Below, piece by piece: positions 1 through 5,625 of a stretch of 11,003 nt of DNA. Numbering within the stretch: the first letter of the stretch is position 1; each line of letters begins with the position of its first letter. A program made the translations under genes and the position numbers. The stretch covers positions 1 through 11,003 of the forward strand of contig JANMKN010000107.1 in assembly GCA_031372065.1 (NCBI GenBank), given 5' to 3'. The notes under the pieces are model-generated. The model was given only the letters and a program-made list of their open reading frames with translations. It did no database searches and was not told the origin of the DNA. Origin of the DNA: Abditibacteriaceae bacterium (GTDB taxonomy: Bacteria; Armatimonadota; Abditibacteriia; Abditibacteriales; Abditibacteriaceae).

Positions 1-1021
1 GTTCGGGCACAGCCGCAGGAAAAGGCGCGGCGCCCCACACATAATTGGCTTTGCGCGCCTCGCGTGGCAGTTTTCGTTCGGCTTCTTTGGACATCTTCCA
101 GCGATTCATTTTTGGCGCCAAATTTTCGATGTAATTCGCCATCCACGGGCCTTGCTGTTCCATCGCAATTGTGCCGGTGAGAAACGGATTCTGCGCCGAA
201 GCGAACGAGCCGAAACCACTGCGGAATTCGGTCATGGATTGCTTGCCGAGTTTCTTGGAATAGCTTTGAATCCATGTGAAGGCTTTGATGGCTTGGGGCG
301 AAGTGAGGTTGATTTTTTGCGTCTTTTCGTCGTAAATTTCGCCGCCAAACCAATAAGGCGTGTAATTTAGAAACCAGCCCGGCTCCATCGGCAAATAACC
401 CGATATTTTGATGTTTTTCTGGCCGTTTTTGCCGGTTTCTGTCTCGTCCAAAATCTTGGCGTATTTGTCAAGTTCATCTAACGTTTGCGGTGTTTTATTC
501 GGGTCAAATCCTGCCGCGCGAAGTTCCTTGGCTTTGTTTAAAAATAATTGCTTGTTGTAATGCAGCGCGACGGCGGCAGGCGTCGAAATCAGCGCCCACA
601 AATGGCCGTTATAATGGCAGCCTTTCCAGTAAACCGGCTTGTAATAACCGTCCACAATGCCGTGTGCCTTGGCTAAATCGTCCAGCGGTTCCAGCGCATC
701 AATGGCGGCAAATTGCGACACTTGCGGGTCCCACAATCCGGCCACATCGGGCGGCACACCGGCAGCCGTGGCGACGAGCGTTTTCTGGTTGACGCTGCTC
801 ATCGAAAGATACTGGACATAAATGTCTTTCTCTTGGCCGACGGTTTTGTTGAAGTCGTCCACGATGACCTGCATTTGCGCGGCTTCTTCGCCCGTCCATT
901 TTTCCCAATACGTCACCATCACGCGCCCTTTGGGAGCCACAGGAGGCCGCGCACCCGTCAGCACGAAAATCAAGCCTAACAAGCCCAACGCCAGCCAGAC
1001 CACGTTTTTTAATTGAGTCAC
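1..1021 (-). CDS. ABC transporter extracellular solute-binding protein, family 1 (sugar-binding); 3' end runs off the left edge of the window
   Basis: Hand translation from GTG at 1021 gives 340 stop-free codons: MTQLKNVVWLALGLLGLIFVLTGARPP...VTYWEKWTGEE...IVDDFNK...AAGVPPDVAGLW...LEPLDDL...ALHYNKQLF...PQTLDEL...FLTGTIAMEQQGPW...WGAAPFP. These segments are typical of SBP_bac_1/UgpB-MalE-like proteins. GAGGA Shine-Dalgarno 6 nt upstream (1028-1032). Probably missed by the ORF track because it has no stop codon in the window. Confidence 0.9.
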   Translation of the reverse strand, partial: MTQLKNVVWLALGLLGLIFVLTGARPPVAPKGRVMVTYWEKWTGEEAAQMQVIVDDFNKTVGQEKDIYVQYLSMSSVNQKTLVATAAGVPPDVAGLWDPQVSQFAAIDALEPLDDLAKAHGIVDGYYKPVYWKGCHYNGHLWALISTPAAVALHYNKQLFLNKAKELRAAGFDPNKTPQTLDELDKYAKILDETETGKNGQKNIKISGYLPMEPGWFLNYTPYWFGGEIYDEKTQKINLTSPQAIKAFTWIQSYSKKLGKQSMTEFRSGFGSFASAQNPFLTGTIAMEQQGPWMANYIENLAPKMNRWKMSKEAERKLPREARKANYVWGAAPFPAAVPE

Positions 1022-1127
1022 AAAGCGTCCTCAAGAGGAATTTTAAATCGAGTTGAAGCCTCAGTTTACGATGTGCCGCAGGGAGAGGCACAATTTCCGG
1101 AAATCAAAGCCGAATGAATTGAAGAAT

Positions 1128-1149
1128 AGGACACGCTATGGCATGTCCT
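1128..1149 (-). terminator. Possible intrinsic terminator or mRNA-end hairpin downstream of the DUF4190-like gene
   Basis: Minus strand reads AGGACATGC-CATA-GCGTGTCCT (9-bp stem with one G:U that pairs only on this strand), 13 nt after the stop. The following tail, ATTCTTC, is a weak U-tract. Confidence 0.4.
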
Positions 1150-1162
1150 CTCTGTTTGAAAA

Positions 1163-1642
1163 CTAACTCGTTATGCCGGTGATGCCCGCGCCGATGATAG
1201 CGATATGCGCCAGTAATTCAATCGAACCTAAAACAATGGCGACCCACGCGTGCGCGACGCCTTTGGTGTGCGGGTTGGCCTTGGCGAATTTGAGGCCCAT
1301 AATACCTAAAAAAATGGCTGTTGGCCCTAAAAGAAGGCCCGCGCAGGGAATCAGACCAAAAACCGAAACGTAGTAGCCAATCAGAGCTGTCGGATTCTTA
1401 TAGGGAATCAAGCCGCCGGTGCCATCGCCTTGTTGCTGCGGTGGCGCGCCGGGCGCTGGAATCGGTGAATACGGCATCGGTTGAGGAGCAGGCAGCGTTT
1501 GCACCTGTGGAGGCAAAGCGGCAGCGATCCAATCGAGAGACGCTTCGTTTGGTGATTCATTTGCCGCTTCAGAAGGCGTTCCAGCGGCTTCATTTTGAGG
1601 TGATTTGAAGTCGGGTTGTGGCGGCGTAAAATCAAAATTCAT
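1163..1642 (-). CDS. DUF4190-like membrane protein with a Pro/Gln-rich disordered N-terminus
   Basis: Pro-rich N-terminal region followed by GGLIPYKNPTALIGYYVSVFGLIP...LGPTAIFLGIMGL...KGVAHAWVAIVLG, the hydrophobic hairpin pattern of DUF4190. Start moved to ATG 1642 because the ORF-track start at 1669 overlaps a -10 box. Confidence 0.75.
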   Translation of the reverse strand: MNFDFTPPQPDFKSPQNEAAGTPSEAANESPNEASLDWIAAALPPQVQTLPAPQPMPYSPIPAPGAPPQQQGDGTGGLIPYKNPTALIGYYVSVFGLIPCAGLLLGPTAIFLGIMGLKFAKANPHTKGVAHAWVAIVLGSIELLAHIAIIGAGITGITS

Positions 1643-1668
1643 AGGAAAACCTTCGCGGAATTGTCTCA

Positions 1669-1677
1669 ATTATAGCA
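1669..1677 (-). promoter_or_regulatory. Extended -10 promoter (TGnTATAAT) for the DUF4190-like gene
   Basis: Minus strand reads TGCTATAAT at 1677-1669, a perfect extended -10, 26 nt upstream of ATG 1642. Confidence 0.7.
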
Positions 1678-1693
1678 GGTTTTGCAGGGCGGC

Positions 1694-1722
1694 TTGACAA
1701 AGCGCGACGGCTTTTTTAAAAT
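1694..1722 (+). promoter_or_regulatory. Sigma70-type promoter for the lacI-family/glycoside hydrolase operon
   Basis: TTGACA (1694-1699), 17-bp spacer, TAAAAT (1717-1722). Confidence 0.85.
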
Positions 1723-1724
1723 CA

Positions 1725-1746
1725 TTTGCACATTCGTATGTGCAAA
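1725..1746. promoter_or_regulatory. LacI-family operator O1
   Basis: TTTGCACAT-TCGT-ATGTGCAAA: 22-bp palindrome with central CG, covering the predicted transcription start, upstream of a LacI-family gene. Confidence 0.85.
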
Positions 1747-1803
1747 AACCTAAAAGGCGCGCACCGAGCAGCGAAATCTCCAGCGCGCTTTTTGTTTATC
1801 TTA

Positions 1804-1825
1804 TTTGCACATACGAATGTGCAAA
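1804..1825. promoter_or_regulatory. LacI-family operator O2
   Basis: TTTGCACAT-ACGA-ATGTGCAAA, the exact reverse complement of O1, 6 nt before ATG 1832. Confidence 0.85.
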
Positions 1826-1831
1826 ATCGTC

Positions 1832-2809
1832 ATGCCTGTAACCGCCAAAGACATCGCCCGCGAATTAAAACTCTCGCAGCCCACGGTTTCGCGCATTTTA
1901 AGTGGCGACGCGGGGCATCGCGCTTCGGATGAAACGCGGCAACGCGTTTTGGATGCAGCGCAGCGATTGGGCTATCAGCCTAATGCGCTTGCCAGTTCGC
2001 TGCGGCGTGGGCGCACTGGCATTATCGGCTTGCACACCAATCACGATTACGATGCGCGCAACGAGTTTTTCGGCGCAATTATCGGCGGTTTGCAGCGCGC
2101 CTGCAACGCGCACGGGCTGGATTTGCTGTTGCATTCGGCCTTGCAAGGACAAAGTGCCGAAGAAATGTTTAATCGCTTGCGCAATGGGCGCGTGGACGGT
2201 TTGATTTTGCATTCGGGCAGCGACGATCCGCTGGTGGCGATGCTTTCCGGATCGTCACTGCCAGTGGTTTCGGTGGCAGATATTCATGCCGGCATGGTAG
2301 GCGTGACGTGCGATGACGCGGCGGGCATGAAGCTGTTGATTGAATATCTGTGGGCACGCGGTCATCGTCATTTCACGTTTTTAGCGCCGCGCGAAAATTT
2401 GGCATCCGTCGAAGAGCGGCGCGTGGCTTTTGAAAAAGAATTAAAACGTCGCAAAGTGCCCTTAGCGGCGCGGCGCGTGATGAAAATTGATTTTGAAAAC
2501 GCCGCGCCGTTTTTGGATGAATGGAATAAAGCGCGCACGGCGGTTTGCTGTTGGAATGACCGCACCGCGTATAACCTGCTGCACGAATGCGCGGCGCGGC
2601 GCATCAAAGTGCCGCAACGTCTCGCGGTGGCCGGATTCGACGGCTTTTTGGATGACAAACTGCCCGCACGGCAACTGACGACAGTAGGCTGCCAGTGGGC
2701 TGATGTGTCGGCGAAGGCGTTGGAAATTTTGGCGGCCCTCATCGAAAAGCAAGAAGTGCCGCTGCAAACGTTGATTCCCGTGCAATTGCACCAAGGCGAC
2801 ACGGTTTAA
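1832..2809 (+). CDS. LacI/GalR-family transcriptional repressor
   Basis: N-terminal HTH VTAKDIARELKLSQPTVSRILSG, hinge YQPNALASSLR, and sugar-binding core (VDGLIL, GHRHFTF, ND..A, VPQRLAVAGFDG, LTTV). Start set at ATG 1832; the 9 extra codons from 1805 are mostly the operator. Confidence 0.95.
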   Translation: MPVTAKDIARELKLSQPTVSRILSGDAGHRASDETRQRVLDAAQRLGYQPNALASSLRRGRTGIIGLHTNHDYDARNEFFGAIIGGLQRACNAHGLDLLLHSALQGQSAEEMFNRLRNGRVDGLILHSGSDDPLVAMLSGSSLPVVSVADIHAGMVGVTCDDAAGMKLLIEYLWARGHRHFTFLAPRENLASVEERRVAFEKELKRRKVPLAARRVMKIDFENAAPFLDEWNKARTAVCCWNDRTAYNLLHECAARRIKVPQRLAVAGFDGFLDDKLPARQLTTVGCQWADVSAKALEILAALIEKQEVPLQTLIPVQLHQGDTV

Positions 2810-2818
2810 AAGGAAAAA

Positions 2819-4627
2819 ATGAGCAAAATAATGAGGCGCAGCGGCGCGGCGACGGTTTTTTCAATGTTGACAGCTTCTCTGGTAGCTTCATGCGCGTCGG
2901 CGACGACGAAGGTCGAGAAAAAGGGCGACGGCTGGCAACTGCTGCGCGATGGCGCGCCGTATTTCATCAAAGGCGCGGGCGGCGATGGCTCAAAGCAATT
3001 ACTTAAAGAATTGGGCGGCAATTCGTTTCGCACATGGGGTGCGGACGGCAGCGAAAACAAGCTCAACGAAGCGCAGAAATTGGGGCTGACCATGACGCTC
3101 GGCATTTGGCTGGGCCACAAAGAACACGGCTTCGATTACCACAACGCGGCGGCAGTGGCAGCGCAGTTTGCAAACGCGTGCAAGGCAATTGACAAATACA
3201 AAGATCACCCCGCGCTTTTGGCATGGGGCATCGGCAATGAAATGGAAATCGGCCAGCCTGATGGCGACCCGGCGGTGTGGCAAGCTATCGAGCAAATTGC
3301 GGCTTATGCCAAAAAAGTTGACCCGAATCATCCCACGATGACCGTCGTGGCCGAACTTGGCGGCGATAAAGTGACACAGATCAACAAATACTGCCCCAGC
3401 ATAGACATTATCGGCATCAACACCTACGGCGGCGGGCCAAGCATAGCCGAGCGTTACAAAAAAGCGGGCGGCTTGAAGCCTTACGTTATCACGGAATTTG
3501 GCCCGGCGGGGACGTGGGAAGTCGGCAAAAACGCGTGGAACGCTTCGCCAGAACTGAGCAGCACCGCCAAAGCCGCGCGCTACCGTGAAACCTATGAAAA
3601 AACCATCGCGGGCCAGCCGATGAGCCTTGGTTCGTATGCTTTCACATGGGGCAACAAGCAGGAGGCGACGGCAACGTGGTTTGGCCTGATGCTGCCCGAT
3701 GGCAGTCGTCTTGGCGCGGTGGATACGCTCAGTGAATTATGGACGGGTAAGCCGGTTACCAATCGCTCTCCGGCGATTAAGAGTTTGAAAATCGAAGGCA
3801 CCGAAAAAGTGCAGCCCGAAAGCATAGTGCGCGTGGCGCTGGACTCTGCCGACCCAGAAAACGACCCGCTGAAAGTGGAGTGGCTGCTACAACAAGACCC
3901 TGTGCAAAACAATACGGGCGGCGCCACCGAATCTGTGCCGCCGAGCTATCCCGAAGCTATTGTGAAAAGCGACACGCGCTCTGTGGAATTGAAAATGCCG
4001 AAGTTTGGCGGCGCTTATCGCGTGTTTGTTTTTCTACGCGACAATCACGGCGGCGCGGCGGTGGCGAACGTGCCGCTTTTTGTCGAAGGCGGCTCCGCAG
4101 CACAGGCTGGCAGCGCGCGCCGCGCCACATTGCCGTTTGCCATCTATGAAGAAGGCGACACAGCCAACGACCATTACATTCCGGCGGGCTATATGGGCAA
4201 CGCGGGCGCCATCAAAATGGAGGCGGGCAGCACCGACAACCCACACAGCGGCGCGACCTGCCTGAAAGTGGAATACAGCGCGAAAGATAATTGGGGCGGC
4301 GTAGTTTGGCAAAGCCCGGCCAACGACTGGGGCGATTTGCCCGGCGGCTACGATTTAAGCGGCGCCAAAAAACTGACATTCTGGGCGCGCGGCGCCAAAG
4401 GCGGCGAAGTTGTCAGTTTTTCGTTTGGCTCGCTGGGCAAAGACAAAAAGTATTTCGACACGGCCAGCAATCAAATCAAGGATGTGCGCCTGACCGACGA
4501 ATGGAACCAATACAACATTTACGTCAAAGGCCAAGATTTATCGCGTATTAAAACCAGTTTCGTGTGGGTGATTGCCGGACAAGGCCAGCCCATCACGTTT
4601 TATCTGGATGACATTCGCTACGAATAA
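2819..4627 (+). CDS. Secreted clan GH-A glycoside hydrolase (GH2 TIM-barrel/GH158-like) with Ig-like domain and C-terminal CBM11-like module; probable beta-glucanase
   Basis: Signal peptide; LLRDGAPYFIKGAGG, GGNSFRTWG, WGIGNE (E141, putative acid/base), PYVITEFGP (E226, putative nucleophile). Beta-rich domain at ~aa315-422. C-terminal ...WGGVVW...YDLSGAKKLTFWARG...LTDEW...FYLDDIRYE beta-sandwich. AAGGA SD between the lacI stop and the ATG. Exact family and substrate are inference. Confidence 0.85.
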   Translation: MSKIMRRSGAATVFSMLTASLVASCASATTKVEKKGDGWQLLRDGAPYFIKGAGGDGSKQLLKELGGNSFRTWGADGSENKLNEAQKLGLTMTLGIWLGHKEHGFDYHNAAAVAAQFANACKAIDKYKDHPALLAWGIGNEMEIGQPDGDPAVWQAIEQIAAYAKKVDPNHPTMTVVAELGGDKVTQINKYCPSIDIIGINTYGGGPSIAERYKKAGGLKPYVITEFGPAGTWEVGKNAWNASPELSSTAKAARYRETYEKTIAGQPMSLGSYAFTWGNKQEATATWFGLMLPDGSRLGAVDTLSELWTGKPVTNRSPAIKSLKIEGTEKVQPESIVRVALDSADPENDPLKVEWLLQQDPVQNNTGGATESVPPSYPEAIVKSDTRSVELKMPKFGGAYRVFVFLRDNHGGAAVANVPLFVEGGSAAQAGSARRATLPFAIYEEGDTANDHYIPAGYMGNAGAIKMEAGSTDNPHSGATCLKVEYSAKDNWGGVVWQSPANDWGDLPGGYDLSGAKKLTFWARGAKGGEVVSFSFGSLGKDKKYFDTASNQIKDVRLTDEWNQYNIYVKGQDLSRIKTSFVWVIAGQGQPITFYLDDIRYE

Positions 4628-4632
4628 AAAGG
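4598..4632 (+). repeat. Left copy of a 35-bp imperfect direct repeat (hydrolase 3' end)
   Basis: TTTTATCTGGATGACATTCGCTACGAATAAAAAGG; 32/35 identical to 4906-4940, with the last 20 nt identical. Confidence 0.9.
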
Positions 4633-4909
4633 TGTTGACGAGCGCTCGTCGGGTGCTTTCGAGCAACAAATAGCACCCGACGAGGCCTCGTCAGCCTCAA
4701 ACGAGCGTTAAAAGGTGCGGACGAGCGCTCGTCAGCACCTTTCGAGCAGCAAAAAGCACCTGACGAGGCCTCGTCCACACCGTTCGAGCGTTAAAAGCAC
4801 CCGCCGAGCGCTCGTCAGCACCTTTTAAGCGTCAAAAGCACCCGCCGAGCGCTCGTCAACACCTTTCGAGCAACAAAAAGCACCTGACGAGCGCTCGTCA
4901 GGTGCTTTT
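4627..4909. repeat. Tandem array of seven palindromic units (REP/BIME-like), period 41-42 bp
   Basis: 14-bp core G(A/C)CGAG(CG/GC)CTCGTC at 4637, 4679, 4720, 4762, 4803, 4844 and 4886. Each core has 6-bp arms, a preceding A-tract and a TTT-CGAGC(AAC/GTT)-type linker. Confidence 0.95.
4876..4909. terminator. Perfect 34-bp palindrome (last array unit), potential bidirectional terminator
   Basis: AAAAGCACCTGACGAGC|GCTCGTCAGGTGCTTTT followed by ATTT. Terminator function is inferred. Confidence 0.5.
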
Positions 4910-4940
4910 ATTTGGATAAAATTCGCTACGAATAAAAAGG
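4906..4940 (+). repeat. Right copy of the 35-bp direct repeat; duplicated hydrolase C-terminal codons, also supplies the SD of the next gene
   Basis: TTT TAT TTG GAT AAA ATT CGC TAC GAA TAA AAAGG = FYLDKIRYE*, followed by ACAACTT-ATG(4948). Confidence 0.9.
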
Positions 4941-4947
4941 ACAACTT

Positions 4948-5490
4948 ATGACTGCGGATGAATTGCTTGCGCTTTACCAGTCGCCCGATTCAGTGCCGCC
5001 GCTGTCGGCATTGCACGGACTGGATGAAGTGAATTGGGCGATGGTGCGAGATGCCTATGGGCCAGCCACCAGCGTTCCCGCGATGCTGCGCGCTCTGGTT
5101 TCGCCCAACGCAAAGCATCGGCAGTTCGCCTGCTGTTGGGCCTGTGAAACCCTTTGGCATCAAGGCAATGTGTTCTCGGCATCGGCGGCGGTCATTCCAT
5201 TTCTTTACAAATTGCTGGAAGAAGATGGTCTTCAAGACAAAGAATATATTGCCGTTTTACTGGCGACGATTGCAGAAGGCGAGCCACCGTTTTTAAATTG
5301 TGCCACAGATGCAGCAAAGGCAGCCGAATGGAGAGCGATATTCGCCAAGATAAACGAGTCGCTGGATGAGAAAATTAGTGAGGCGCGTGCGATTGCCGCA
5401 GAGATTCAGCGACAACTAACACGCCGCCCCGATTTGCTATCTCGCTGTATAGAAATATCCGCCAGCGATGAACCCAAGTGGACGGATTGA
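4948..5490 (+). CDS. Conserved hypothetical alpha-helical (HEAT/ARM-like) protein
   Basis: AAGGA SD upstream and a strong terminator downstream. The motif LDEVNW...DAYGPATSVPAMLRAL...LWHQGNVFSASAAVIPFLYKLL matches the widespread 'W..l.hAYG.a.dvP.lL...HQgtv..At..avPfL' family often annotated HEAT-repeat (recognised from memory, not searched). Confidence 0.8.
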   Translation: MTADELLALYQSPDSVPPLSALHGLDEVNWAMVRDAYGPATSVPAMLRALVSPNAKHRQFACCWACETLWHQGNVFSASAAVIPFLYKLLEEDGLQDKEYIAVLLATIAEGEPPFLNCATDAAKAAEWRAIFAKINESLDEKISEARAIAAEIQRQLTRRPDLLSRCIEISASDEPKWTD

Positions 5491-5514
5491 TTTTTTAAAA
5501 TTACGGCTAAAGTG

Positions 5515-5555
5515 AGAAAAGGCCGCGTGGAAAAACCACGCGGCCTTTTCTTTTT
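5515..5555 (+). terminator. Rho-independent terminator
   Basis: AGAAAAGGCCGCGTGG-AAAAA-CCACGCGGCCTTTTCT-TTTT: perfect 16-bp inverted repeat with a U-tract, 24 nt after the stop at 5490. Confidence 0.92.
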
Positions 5556-5625
5556 AGTTGGAACTGTGCTTTGCTTAAAAGGATTGTATAAGCATTACGC
5601 CAAAGTTTGTTTTTGAAAGTTTTTG

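Noticed and set aside
152..1091. Short ORFs listed at 152-370, 490-792, 699-1091, 713-979 and 822-1016
   Set aside because: Shadow frames of the minus-strand solute-binding protein gene.
1643..1669. N-terminal extension of the DUF4190-like gene to 1669
   Set aside because: It overlaps the TATAAT box, so it would not be transcribed from that promoter.
1726..1932. Two ORFs both beginning MHIRMCK (1726 and 1805), suggesting a leader peptide or duplication
   Set aside because: Both are translations of the two operator palindromes from TTG. The first begins at or before the predicted transcription start, and the LacI HTH begins at ATG 1832.
4593..4778. 61-aa minus-strand ORF across the array
   Set aside because: A by-product of the repeats. 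It overlaps the hydrolase 3' end, and the 41-bp units do not preserve frame.
4627..4909. CRISPR array
   Set aside because: There are no unique 25-45 nt spacers. The variable parts are 6-9 nt and related to each other, and no cas genes are in the window.
4627..4909. TIGR-like dual-repeat guide array
   Set aside because: The alternation of two repeats and two variable blocks is superficially similar. However, the variable blocks are only two recurring arm types, the period is 41-42 bp, I see no box C/D motifs, and there is no Nop-domain gene nearby.
4598..4940. DGR template/variable repeat pair
   Set aside because: Only 35 bp long, one of the three mismatches (C/T) is not at an adenine on the coding strand, and there is no reverse transcriptase in the window.
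4627..5555. Integron attC sites with a gene cassette
   Set aside because: No RYYYAAC...GTTRRRY boundaries around the palindromes and no integrase gene.
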